From a virus (Duplodnaviria > Heunggongvirae > Uroviricota > Caudoviricetes): a DNA stretch of 47,112 nt. The position numbers and the translations under genes are program-made. Below are positions 7,893 to 15,937 of the stretch, piece after piece (position 1 is the first letter of the stretch; every line of letters starts with the position of its first letter). Where the stretch lies: the IMG/VR virus record IMGVR_UViG_2585427763_000004. The stretch is one strand, 5' to 3'. The notes beneath the pieces were generated by a model. The model was not told the origin of the DNA and searched no databases. It saw nothing but the letters and a program-made list of their open reading frames with translations.

Positions 7893-8933
7893 ATGGCTAA
7901 TGCCTGGCTCAGGTTATGGCATGACATGCCAAATGATCCTAAGTGGCGAACAATTTCCAGGGTGTCAGGACAGCCAATTGCAACAGTGATGGCGGTGTAT
8001 ATCCACCTTCTGGTGAGCGCGTCACGAAATGTCACGACATGTCACGGCGTGTCACTACGTGGTCACATTGATGTCACGACGGAAGATTTAGCAAGTGCGC
8101 TTGATGTGACGGAAGAAGTAATTGATTCAATTTTACAGGCAATGCAGGGGCGGGTACTTGATGGAGATTTAATCACCGGATGGGAAAAACGCCAGGTACT
8201 GAAAGAGGACAATGGCAACGTTTCACAAACCGCGAAATCCCCGGCAGAGCGCAAGAGAGCGCAGCGCGAGAGGGAAAAATTACGAAAACAGAATGAGGGG
8301 TGTCACGACGAGTCACGCATATGTCACGACATGTCACGACGAGTCACGACAGATAAAGATACAGATAAAGAATTAAACCCCACACATAACGCGCACGTGC
8401 GCGAGAGTGCTCCGACCAGTGAGTCGAGTGGTACGCCGTTGCAGGCAGCAGAACCTGCATCCCTGGATGGACTGAGCGAACCCATCGGGAAATTTCCGAT
8501 GGTCGATGACTGGCATCCGTCGCCGGATTTTCGACGACGGGCTGCGTTGTGGGGGATGGCTTTGCCGGAGCCGGAATTTACACCTGCTGAACTTGCCGCT
8601 TTCCGGGACTACTGGGCAGCGGAGGGGAAAGTTTTCACGCAGGTTCAGTGGGAGCAGAAATTCGCCCGTCACGTAAATCACGTCAGGGCGCAGGTTAAGC
8701 CAGTCAGCAAGGGGGTAAACCATGCAGCAGCACCAGGTGGCACCGCATCACGGGCAGTTCAGGAAATTCGGGCAGCACGTGAGCAGTGGGAACGTGAAAA
8801 CGGATTTATCAGCGACGGAAACGGTCTGGAAGCTGTGGGAACTCATGGGGGAGGTTTATTCGAACCGCTGGACCCAGAAGAACGGGGCCGCACCTTCGAA
8901 GCTCTGGATTGCACAGATTGGCGCGATGACTGA
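7893..8933 (+). CDS. Replication initiation protein (lambda O analogue; DnaT-like C-terminal domain suspected)
   Basis: ATG at 7893 preceded by GAAGAGG. Sits upstream of a P-like gene. Contains two in-frame arrays of TGTCACGAC-like iterons, as the lambda O gene contains ori. The last about 210 nt overlap the P-like ORF in another frame. Confidence 0.6.
   Translation: MANAWLRLWHDMPNDPKWRTISRVSGQPIATVMAVYIHLLVSASRNVTTCHGVSLRGHIDVTTEDLASALDVTEEVIDSILQAMQGRVLDGDLITGWEKRQVLKEDNGNVSQTAKSPAERKRAQREREKLRKQNEGCHDESRICHDMSRRVTTDKDTDKELNPTHNAHVRESAPTSESSGTPLQAAEPASLDGLSEPIGKFPMVDDWHPSPDFRRRAALWGMALPEPEFTPAELAAFRDYWAAEGKVFTQVQWEQKFARHVNHVRAQVKPVSKGVNHAAAPGGTASRAVQEIRAAREQWERENGFISDGNGLEAVGTHGGGLFEPLDPEERGRTFEALDCTDWRDD
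8020..8080 (+). repeat. Iteron array 1 (six direct GTCAC-containing repeats at about 10-11 bp spacing), candidate ori
   Basis: Read directly: GTCACgaaat GTCACgacat GTCACggcgt GTCACtacgt gGTCACattgat GTCACgac. An inverted GTGAC copy follows near 8106. Confidence 0.6.
8301..8350 (+). repeat. Iteron array 2 (five TGTCACGAC-like direct repeats) followed by an AT-rich tract
   Basis: Read directly: tGTCACgacg aGTCACgcat atGTCACgac atGTCACgac gaGTCACgac, then AGATAAAGATACAGATAAAGAATTAAA. Confidence 0.6.
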
Positions 8934-9387
8934 GCAGCAAATCCGACAGGTCTGCCGCCAGTGCATGGACCGCTGCCGGGCGGGTGAAACATGGCCTCCG
9001 GACCTGGCTGAGTTTGTGGCGCTGATTTCGGAGAGCGGAGCCAATCCATTCGGTCTGACGGTGGATGCTGTGATGGAGGAGTACCGCCGCTGGCGCAATG
9101 AGTCCTGGCGATATGACGGAAGTGATAAGTACCCGTGGCCTCAGCCTGTGCTGTATCACATTTGCCTTGAGATGCGTTCAAAGGGGATTGAGCGCCAGAT
9201 GACCGAAGGGGAATTAAAACGGCTTGCAGAACGGCAGCTGACGAAATGGGCAAAGCATGTTAGTAACGGCCTGAGCGTTCCGCCAGTCCGGCGACAACTG
9301 GCGGCACCCAAACGCCCGTCGGGGCCAACGCCAATTGAGTTGCTGAAACAGGAATATGAACGCCGGAAAGCGGCTGGGTTTGTCTGA
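8722..9387 (+). CDS. Replication protein P-like (DnaB helicase loader)
   Basis: 221-aa ORF. ATG at 8722 preceded by GGGGG at a 6-nt spacer. Central and C-terminal region aligns by eye with lambda P (YPWPQPVLYHICLEMRSKG versus lambda YPWKSNAHYWLVTNLY). In-frame alternative starts exist at 8845 and 8926. Confidence 0.7.
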   Translation: MQQHQVAPHHGQFRKFGQHVSSGNVKTDLSATETVWKLWELMGEVYSNRWTQKNGAAPSKLWIAQIGAMTEQQIRQVCRQCMDRCRAGETWPPDLAEFVALISESGANPFGLTVDAVMEEYRRWRNESWRYDGSDKYPWPQPVLYHICLEMRSKGIERQMTEGELKRLAERQLTKWAKHVSNGLSVPPVRRQLAAPKRPSGPTPIELLKQEYERRKAAGFV

Positions 9388-9419
9388 GTTGAGAAGTAAT
9401 TTTTACCGGGAGGAAATTT

Positions 9420-10172
9420 ATGGAGACTGTTTTTGACGCACTGAAAGCGATGGGAAAAGCCACGTCGGTAGAGCTGGCTGCGCGACTTGATATCAGTCGT
9501 GAAGAAGTGCTGAACGAACTATGGGAACTGAAAAAGGCTGGTTTCGTTGATAAAAGCGCGTACACCTGGCGTGTGGCTGATAACAACGTTCAGCAGGAAC
9601 AGCCAGCGCAGGCAGAACTGCCGGAAGAAACCACCACAGCAACAGTAGCGAAAATCTCAGAGTGCGATTTAACCGCAACGATTGAACAACGCGGACCACA
9701 AACGGCGGATGAACTGGCTACGTTTTTCGGCATCACATCACGCAAAGTGGCTTCAACGCTGGCAATGGCAATCAGTAAAGGTCGTCTGATTCGCGTTAAT
9801 CAGAACGGTAAATTTCGTTACTGCATGCCGGGCGATAATTTACCAGCAGAGCCGAAAGCTGCATCGGTAGCGGAAACTGATGGTAAAGCCTTTCCTCAGC
9901 CAGCCGGTGTTGCGTTACCAGTACTGGAAGCTGCAACACAGGAAGATATTAAAACCGAAACTGTGGCGGACATTGTGCAGTCGTTGCCATCGTTTACTGA
10001 AACGCAAGCGGATAACCTGATTTTACCATCGCTGCATATAGCAAATCGTGAACTGCGTCGGGCGAAAAGTCATGTCCAGAAGTGGGAACGAGTCTGCACC
10101 GCGCTGCGGGAGCTGAACAAGCACCGGGATATTCTTCGGGATATTACCGCGACCGGAGAGCTGCAGCGGTGA
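9420..10172 (+). CDS. Hypothetical protein with N-terminal winged-helix-like segment (DUF1627-like, tentative)
   Basis: 250-aa ORF in the nin-equivalent region. N-terminus [29 protein letters not shown] looks like a wHTH. Family name from memory. Confidence 0.5.
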   Translation: METVFDALKAMGKATSVELAARLDISREEVLNELWELKKAGFVDKSAYTWRVADNNVQQEQPAQAELPEETTTATVAKISECDLTATIEQRGPQTADELATFFGITSRKVASTLAMAISKGRLIRVNQNGKFRYCMPGDNLPAEPKAASVAETDGKAFPQPAGVALPVLEAATQEDIKTETVADIVQSLPSFTETQADNLILPSLHIANRELRRAKSHVQKWERVCTALRELNKHRDILRDITATGELQR

Positions 10173-10486
10173 GTGGCTGGAAGAAGTGGTACGAGGCTGA
10201 AATCATGATACTCCGGCAGTGTGCGGGAACGATGACGGTCGAAAGCATTGGGAGGCTGACCGGTCGTACAGGTGATGCTGTCAGAACGAAAGCGCGGGAA
10301 CTGGGTGTCAGCCTGATGTTACGGGGTGATTATCACCAGTCAACAAAATATCCGCAGAGTGATATTGAACTGGCGCGACAGCTGCATCAGCGTGGCGTAC
10401 CCAGGAGAGAAATCGCCAGAAAATTTGGAATGCCGTTGCGCACAGTGAATAACTACGTTTATTTCGACAGGAGAGTTCAGGAGTGA
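10169..10486 (+). CDS. Hypothetical HTH-containing protein
   Basis: Track ORF 10082..10486. Preferred start is the GTG at 10169 overlapping the upstream stop (GTGA). C-terminal HTH-like segment [19 protein letters not shown]. Confidence 0.4.
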   Translation: MSGWKKWYEAEIMILRQCAGTMTVESIGRLTGRTGDAVRTKARELGVSLMLRGDYHQSTKYPQSDIELARQLHQRGVPRREIARKFGMPLRTVNNYVYFDRRVQE

Positions 10487-10488
10487 GG

Positions 10489-10779
10489 GTGAGAGTTTAT
10501 ATTGCCGGTCCAATGACCGGGTATAAAAATTTCAACCGTGAGGCGTTCCACAAGGCGGAAGAGGAACTGAAACGGGAAGGGCATACAGTCTTGAACCCGG
10601 CAGTACTTCCGGATGGGCTGACACAGCCGCACTACATGGATATTTGCATGGCAATGATTCGTTGTGTGGATGCGATTTACATGCTGAAAGGCTGGCAGCG
10701 GTCAGCAGGTGCTAAGGCAGAACTGGCGCTGGCGGAGAAACTGGGGCATGCAGTTATTTTCCAGGAGGAGGTACAGTGA
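10489..10779 (+). CDS. DUF4406 / nucleoside 2-deoxyribosyltransferase-like protein
   Basis: N-terminal YIAGPMTG motif and a Rossmann-like pattern typical of the family. Track start is the GTG at 10483; the GTG at 10489 has better spacing from CAGGAG. Confidence 0.55.
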   Translation: MRVYIAGPMTGYKNFNREAFHKAEEELKREGHTVLNPAVLPDGLTQPHYMDICMAMIRCVDAIYMLKGWQRSAGAKAELALAEKLGHAVIFQEEVQ

Positions 10780-11051
10780 ATATCGACGCAACAATGACGA
10801 TTGGTACGGCCCTCAATACGGGGTTGGCGCTTCTTGGTTGGTGCTACATCATGTTCTGCTCATGGCGGTGGCTGTCACTGATGTTACTGAAAGAATGGAA
10901 TAAACGCTGTAAACAGACGCAGCGGCAGAAGGCAATGAATGCGTTTTTTGAGACCTTCGATATTGACAGTATAGAACCAGGAGAGCCAGCTCGCGTGATT
11001 AGCAGAGGTGACGTTGTAATTCTTGTATACCGGAGTGAAGAGAAAGCATAA
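10776..11051 (+). CDS. Small hypothetical membrane protein
   Basis: 91-aa ORF. GTG start overlaps the upstream stop. One hydrophobic helix (LALLGWCYIMFCSW). Confidence 0.4.
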   Translation: MNIDATMTIGTALNTGLALLGWCYIMFCSWRWLSLMLLKEWNKRCKQTQRQKAMNAFFETFDIDSIEPGEPARVISRGDVVILVYRSEEKA

Positions 11052-11156
11052 TCCAAATCTGAATAATTAAATCCAGCACTGTAAATAAAATTTAATCCTT
11101 AACCGGAGGGATTTCTGCACCCTCAGAACATCAGGAGGCCGCCTGAAAGGGCGGTA

Positions 11157-11579
11157 ATGAAAATGACTGAATTAACAAAAGAACAATTAATCGAAGAAGC
11201 CAAATTAAAAATAGCGATTACGAAATGCCACCCCAATTCAGGGATGGCGCGAGTAGAGGGCGAGTTATTCAAAATTGCACTGGCATCGCTGGAAGCAGAG
11301 CCGATAGCGTGGCGATATCGCTACGTGAAAAAAGGTGTTATGGACTCTCAGGGGGAGTTGTGGGTTGGTGACTGGAAATATGTACCGAAAAAAGAGGATT
11401 GTAACGACAGGCCGAACTATGAAATTCAGGCCTTATTCACTGCCCCACCAGTCCCGGTTACATCAGAAGAACTGGTTAAAGCTGTGCACTTTTATGAACA
11501 ACTAAAACGCGAAAATCCACCAGCATCCGGCAACCAGATTAATGGGTTAACTATGCCGGTTAAACGACCAGCCGACTGA
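11157..11579 (+). CDS. Hypothetical protein
   Basis: 140-aa ORF with a plausible RBS context. No motif recognised. Confidence 0.45.
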   Translation: MKMTELTKEQLIEEAKLKIAITKCHPNSGMARVEGELFKIALASLEAEPIAWRYRYVKKGVMDSQGELWVGDWKYVPKKEDCNDRPNYEIQALFTAPPVPVTSEELVKAVHFYEQLKRENPPASGNQINGLTMPVKRPAD

Positions 11580-11790
11580 AAAACGGAAACCTGATTACAG
11601 ATTCCCAGATAAGGCAATGAGCTACCTGGCGTAGAGTGGGCTGATAAGTATGGGGAATGTTTTACGATGAATATTTAGACTAAAGAGTTTGTAACGCTAT
11701 GTAAGTGATTTTTTCTGGTTTAGATATTTATATGTCCGGCCAAATTGAGGTGTGTTTAAATGTAATTGCACATTGATTGTAGGGGGAATA

Positions 11791-11970
11791 ATGAAAAACG
11801 CATTGCAGTTTTTGTTTGTTGCGTTCTGGTTGTTCGCATCATGTATGCCCATCATCTTCACAGCAAGGTATATGGAAAAAATTGATGTTTTGATATTAAT
11901 GTTTGGACATATAAATGCCCTTTTTTTAGGGGTGTTCATGGCGGTCACGTGCATTGAATACTGGCGGTAA
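11791..11970 (+). CDS. Small hydrophobic protein (2 predicted TM helices) in an AT-rich island
   Basis: Track ORF 11752..11970. Internal ATG at 11791 is preceded by AGGGGGA. Product MKNALQFLFVAFWLFASCMPIIF... Low-GC context. Confidence 0.3.
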   Translation: MKNALQFLFVAFWLFASCMPIIFTARYMEKIDVLILMFGHINALFLGVFMAVTCIEYWR

Positions 11971-12229
11971 ATACAGCGAACGCTATTGGTTTAGTTGGAT
12001 ATTTACTGTGCCGGACAAAAACGGTTTGCAGGGAAATCTTAGTTAAGTAGAATGACTGTGGGTGCTTGAGGCTATCTGTCTCAGGCATGAACACCAAAAG
12101 GCAGATAGAGAAAAGCCCCAGTTAACATTACGCGTCCTGCAAGACGCTTAACATTAATCTGAGGCCATATCTATGCTCTACACACGTAGGTTAGCCTCTT
12201 ACGTGCCGAAAGGCAAGGAGAAGCAGGCT

Positions 12230-12385
12230 ATGAAGCAGCAAAAGGCGATGCTAATCGCCCTGATCGTCATCTGTTTAACCGTCATAGTGACGGCACTGGT
12301 AACGAGGAAAGACCTCTGCGAGGTACGAATCCGAACCGGCCAGACGGAGGTCGCTGTCTTCACAGCTTACGAACCTGAGGAGTAA
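12230..12385 (+). CDS. hok: Hok/Gef-family type I toxin
   Basis: 51-aa product MKQQKAMLIALIVICLTVIVTALVTRKDLCEVRIRTGQTEVAVFTAYEPEE. It has the family pattern: TM helix, then LTRK-x-LCE[IV]R ... E-V-A-x-F-x-AYE. A longer upstream in-frame reading frame starts at 12173. A terminator follows. Confidence 0.75.
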   Translation: MKQQKAMLIALIVICLTVIVTALVTRKDLCEVRIRTGQTEVAVFTAYEPEE

Positions 12386-12453
12386 GAGACCGGGCGGGGG
12401 AGAAATCCCTCGCCACCTCTGATGTGTCAGGCATCCTCAACGCACCCGCACTT

Positions 12454-12480
12454 AACCCGCTTCGGCGGGGTTTTGTTTTT
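12454..12480 (+). terminator. Rho-independent terminator at the hok mRNA 3' end
   Basis: AACCCGCttcgGCGGGGTTTTGTTTTT: GC stem, tetraloop, U-run. Confidence 0.7.
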
Positions 12481-12604
12481 ATTTTCAACGCGTTTGAAGT
12501 TTTAGATGGTGCCGGAATAGAATCAAAAATACTTAAGTAGCGCGCAGGGAGAAGAGGGATGGACCCCGAAGGGGAAGAGCTATTTATCTGGAAGGATTCT
12601 GAAG

Positions 12605-12778
12605 ATGAAAATCGAAGAATTACGTGAAATTTTTAGTGAAGATGGCCTCTATGCTGTGCGCGTTGAGAATGGGGGTATTACCTACACAGCGTTAATTCCT
12701 GATGATCATGTAGTGTTATCTGTTGAGGCATTCATTGAATACTTGGAAAGACTCGGTTTCAAGGTAGTTCGGGAATAA
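12605..12778 (+). CDS. Hypothetical small protein (57 aa)
   Basis: Below the track cutoff; manual translation gives MKIEELREIFSEDGLYAVRVENGGITYTALIPDDHVVLSVEAFIEYLERLGFKVVRE, stop TAA at 12776-12778. Coding-like composition. Confidence 0.35.
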   Translation: MKIEELREIFSEDGLYAVRVENGGITYTALIPDDHVVLSVEAFIEYLERLGFKVVRE

Positions 12779-12837
12779 GTTATAATACGTGAGCCAGCCT
12801 GAACAACTGGCAACCTGCAGCGCCATTGGAGATGACA

Positions 12838-13110
12838 ATGGCGCATAATTTCAAATTTCGCAATTCTGATTCTGCCTTTGCCAGCAGGCACGGGTGGCGT
12901 TCTCACGCATTCAAATATGACTGGTATCAGCACGATCCCTGTACTGAAGAACAGGCCGAATGGCTGATTCATAACTACCGCAGACGTGGATATGAGTTTA
13001 GGAAAGCCCTCACCCTCGATTATCGTCACTGGATAATCTACGTCAGACTCCCTTATTCCGAACGCCCACCGCGTCCGTCCCGCACATTCCAGCAACGCAT
13101 CTGGAGGTAA
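12838..13110 (+). CDS. Hypothetical protein
   Basis: Track ORF 12826..13110. The ATG at 12838 is preceded by GGAG. Product about 90 aa, basic and Trp/Tyr-rich. Confidence 0.4.
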   Translation: MAHNFKFRNSDSAFASRHGWRSHAFKYDWYQHDPCTEEQAEWLIHNYRRRGYEFRKALTLDYRHWIIYVRLPYSERPPRPSRTFQQRIWR

Positions 13111-13111
13111 C

Positions 13112-14158
13112 GTGCGGGTATTACTTCGACCTGTTCTGGTACCGGAACTCGGGCTGGTGATCGTTAAGCCGGGCCGTGAATCCATGCCGGTATTCCACAA
13201 TACCCGGGTACTGGTGGAGCCGGAACCGAAAAGCATGCGTAATCTGCCGTCCGGGGTCGTTCCTGCCGTTCGCCAGCCGCTGGCGGAGGATAAATCATTA
13301 CTGCCATTTTTCAGCGACGAACGAGTGATTCGTGCTGCTGGTGGCGCTGGCGCATTGTCTGACTGGTTACTGCGCCATGTTAAATCCTGCCAGTGGCCAC
13401 ACGGCGATTATCACCACAGTGAAACCGTCATTCACCGTTATGGTACCGGCGCAATGGTGTTGTGCTGGCACTGCGACAACCAGCTGCGCGACCAGACCTC
13501 CGAATCACTCGGGCAACTTGCTCACCAAAACCTGTCTGCATGGATGATTGACGTCATACGCCATGCAATGAATGGCTCGCAGGAACGGGAATTATCGCTG
13601 GCTGAATTATCCTGGTGGGCGGTCCGCAATCAGGTGGCGGACGCGCTACCGGAAGCGGTATTACGTCGTTCGCTGGGGTTGCGTGCGGAAAAAATCCGCT
13701 CAATGTACCGTGAAAGCGACATCGTACCGGGAGAGCAGACCGCCACCAGCATACTGAAGCAGCGCACAAAAAATCTTGCGCCGCTGCCTCACGCCCACCA
13801 GCAAACCCCGCCACAGGAAGAGACGGTGGTCAGCATTGCCGTTGATCCTGAGTCTCCGGAATCTTTCATGAAACGACCTAAACGTCGCCGCTGGGTTAAC
13901 GAGAAATACACACGCTGGGTGAAGACACAGCCGTGTGCGTGTTGTGGTAAGCCAGCCGACGATCCCCATCACCTGATTGGTCATGGTCAGGGCGGAATGG
14001 GGACAAAATCTCACGATATTTTCACGCTACCGTTGTGTCGGGAGCATCACAACGAGCTTCATGCGGATCCTCTGGCGTTCGAAGAAAAGCATGGTTCTCA
14101 GGTTGATTTAATTTTTCGTTTTCTTGATCACGCCTTTGCAACTGGCGTGCTTGGGTAA
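13112..14158 (+). CDS. DUF968 (YdfU-like) protein with C-terminal HNH/zinc-ribbon-like motif
   Basis: 348-aa ORF. GTG start preceded by GGAGG. C-terminal CACCGKPADDPHHLIGHGQGGMGTKSHDIFTLPLCREHHNELH resembles an HNH-type metal-binding motif. Neighbours a hok gene as in the Qin prophage (recalled). Confidence 0.55.
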   Translation: MRVLLRPVLVPELGLVIVKPGRESMPVFHNTRVLVEPEPKSMRNLPSGVVPAVRQPLAEDKSLLPFFSDERVIRAAGGAGALSDWLLRHVKSCQWPHGDYHHSETVIHRYGTGAMVLCWHCDNQLRDQTSESLGQLAHQNLSAWMIDVIRHAMNGSQERELSLAELSWWAVRNQVADALPEAVLRRSLGLRAEKIRSMYRESDIVPGEQTATSILKQRTKNLAPLPHAHQQTPPQEETVVSIAVDPESPESFMKRPKRRRWVNEKYTRWVKTQPCACCGKPADDPHHLIGHGQGGMGTKSHDIFTLPLCREHHNELHADPLAFEEKHGSQVDLIFRFLDHAFATGVLG

Positions 14159-14170
14159 AAGAGGTGACTG

Positions 14171-14545
14171 ATGCTCATAGATTTGGTTTTACCTTACCCG
14201 CCGACGGTGAACACTTACTGGCGACGCCGTGGCAGCACATATTTTGTATCAAAAGCCGGGGAGCGTTATCGCCGGGCAGTGGCGCTTATTGTTCGCCAGC
14301 AGCGGCTGAAATTAAGCCTGTCCGGAAGGCTGGCGATAAAGGTGATTGCAGAGCCACCGGATAAGCGTCGTCGCGACCTGGACAATATCCTGAAAGCACC
14401 GCTGGATGCGCTGACGCATGCGGGAGTGTTAATGGACGATGAGCAGTTTGATGAAATCAATATCGTTCGTGGTCAGCCAGTATCTGGTGGACGTATGGGG
14501 GTGAAGATTTACCCCATAATGCATGAAGAGCAGGTCAAAAAATGA
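14171..14545 (+). CDS. rusA: Crossover junction endodeoxyribonuclease RusA (Holliday junction resolvase)
   Basis: 124-aa ORF. Sequence matches the RusA family as recalled (PPTVNTYW ... DLDN ... DDEQF). RBS AAGAGG. Directly upstream of Q as in lambdoid nin regions. Confidence 0.9.
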   Translation: MLIDLVLPYPPTVNTYWRRRGSTYFVSKAGERYRRAVALIVRQQRLKLSLSGRLAIKVIAEPPDKRRRDLDNILKAPLDALTHAGVLMDDEQFDEINIVRGQPVSGGRMGVKIYPIMHEEQVKK

Positions 14546-15363
14546 AACTGGAAGATTTACCGAAATACTACTCCCCAAAATCCCCTGGCCTGACCGATGC
14601 ATCGGCCTCAACGTCAAAAGATGCGCTGAGTATCACTGATGTGATGGCCGCGCAGGGCATGACACAGAATCGGGCTGAGATGGGGTTTTCTGCGTTCCTG
14701 GGGAAAATGGGCATCAGTATGAATGACAGGGCGCGGGCAACAGAATTACTGGCAGATTATGCACTCAGTCGGTGCGATCGTGTGGCGGCGTTGAGAAAAC
14801 TTCCGGCAGAAATAAAACCGGTAGTGATGCGCATTATGGCTTCGTATGCGTTTGAAGATTATGCCCGTAGCGCGGCGAGCAAAAAACAGTGCCCCTGCTG
14901 TCACGGAAAAAAATTTATTGAAAGCGAGGTTTTTACAAACAAGATCCAGTATCCGGATGGTAAGCCACCAGTGTGGGCAAAGTGCACAAAAGGCGTGTAT
15001 CCGTCTTACTGGGAAGAATGGAAAAAAGTCAGGGAGGTGGTAAAAGTTGCCTGTCCGGAGTGTGGCGGAAAGGGTGAGGTTTCCACCGCCTGTAAGGATT
15101 GCCGTGGGCGTGGTGTCGCCATTCATCGTGAAGAGTCGGTAAAACGTGGTATGCCTGTTATCAGAGATTGCCAGCGTTGTGGTGGTCGTGGCTGTGAAAG
15201 GCTGCCATCAACGGAGGCATTTAATGCCATATGCAAAGTGACGAGTGCTATCACGCTTGATACGTGGAAAAAATCAGTGAAACGCTTTTACGATACGTTG
15301 GTGGTTCGGTTTGACATTGAAGAGGCATGGGCGGAGCGGCAGTTAAAGAGGGTAACGCGATAG
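14542..15363 (+). CDS. Q: Late-gene antitermination protein Q
   Basis: 273-aa ORF immediately upstream of a PR'-like promoter and tR'-like terminator. Carries four CxxCxGxG-type zinc-binding repeats (CPCCHGKK, CPECGGKGE, CKDCRGRGV, CQRCGGRGC). Confidence 0.75.
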   Translation: MKLEDLPKYYSPKSPGLTDASASTSKDALSITDVMAAQGMTQNRAEMGFSAFLGKMGISMNDRARATELLADYALSRCDRVAALRKLPAEIKPVVMRIMASYAFEDYARSAASKKQCPCCHGKKFIESEVFTNKIQYPDGKPPVWAKCTKGVYPSYWEEWKKVREVVKVACPECGGKGEVSTACKDCRGRGVAIHREESVKRGMPVIRDCQRCGGRGCERLPSTEAFNAICKVTSAITLDTWKKSVKRFYDTLVVRFDIEEAWAERQLKRVTR

Positions 15364-15368
15364 TGTTG

Positions 15369-15396
15369 TTGATTTTTCCCGAATCTGTGGTAAATT
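15369..15396 (+). promoter_or_regulatory. Late promoter PR'-like (-35 TTGATT, -10 TAAATT)
   Basis: TTGATT at 15369-15374 and TAAATT at 15391-15396, 16-nt spacer. Downstream GGTAAATTTG...AACGATGGG resembles the lambda PR' region as recalled. Confidence 0.55.
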
Positions 15397-15444
15397 TGCT
15401 CTAACGATGGGCGTTTTATGCCTGACGTTAGAAGATTTTTTACA

Positions 15445-15468
15445 CCCCGCCGCCTGGCGGGTTTTTTA
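15445..15468 (+). terminator. tR'-like rho-independent terminator (end of short Q-modified leader transcript)
   Basis: CCCGCCgcctGGCGGG followed by TTTTTT, about 50 nt downstream of the PR'-like -10. Confidence 0.6.
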
Positions 15469-15589
15469 TGACTGAAATCGCGTCAGTACAGTAAACGCGC
15501 TGGTGGCGGTGAATACCTGTCTTTCAGCTTGCTGGCTTTTTCGACAAGAGTTATTGGTGTGTCACGTTAACCGGAAAAGGGAAAAAGAC

Positions 15590-15787
15590 ATGCTAAAACA
15601 GCAGGATATGACAGAAACCGCCAGAGTGGTGTTTAATGAATTAAGCGTTACCGAACCGGCGACAGTCGGGGAGATAGCGCAGAATACTTACCTTTCACGC
15701 GAACGCTGCCAGTTAATACTGACCCAGCTGGTTATGGCGGGTCTGGCAGACTATCAGTTCGGTTGTTACAGACGCCTTCCGCAGTGA
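15590..15787 (+). CDS. Small winged-helix-like hypothetical protein
   Basis: Track ORF 15503..15787. The ATG at 15590 is preceded by an AAGGGAAAAAG purine-rich tract. 65-aa product with an HTH-like segment (ATVGEIAQNTYLSRERCQLILTQL). Confidence 0.4.
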   Translation: MLKQQDMTETARVVFNELSVTEPATVGEIAQNTYLSRERCQLILTQLVMAGLADYQFGCYRRLPQ

Positions 15788-15798
15788 AGGCTTTTTTA
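15774..15798 (+). terminator. Rho-independent terminator
   Basis: GCCTTCcgcagtGAAGGC followed by TTTTTTATT. Overlaps the stop codon of the upstream small ORF. Confidence 0.55.
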
Positions 15799-15937
15799 TT
15801 TGTGGTAAATGGGCGGCTGGTGGGGGTTAGGGGCACCCACCAGCCATCTGCTCATGCGTTGGGTTCACAAGCAAACCTCAGGCCCACTGCTTTGCGCAAA
15901 AGCAGAATGAGCCTATCAGAGACAGGCTTAATGATCC

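Noticed and set aside
8020-8350. Short direct repeats considered as a possible CRISPR array
   Set aside because: Repeat unit is about 9 bp at one-helical-turn spacing with no unique spacers, inside a replication gene, and no cas genes nearby. This is iteron behaviour, not CRISPR.
12706-13236. 176-aa minus-strand ORF overlapping the small plus-strand ORFs and the DUF968 start
   Set aside because: Overlaps several plus-strand genes that have RBSs and operon-like packing. Ser/Thr/Arg-rich translation typical of an antisense frame.
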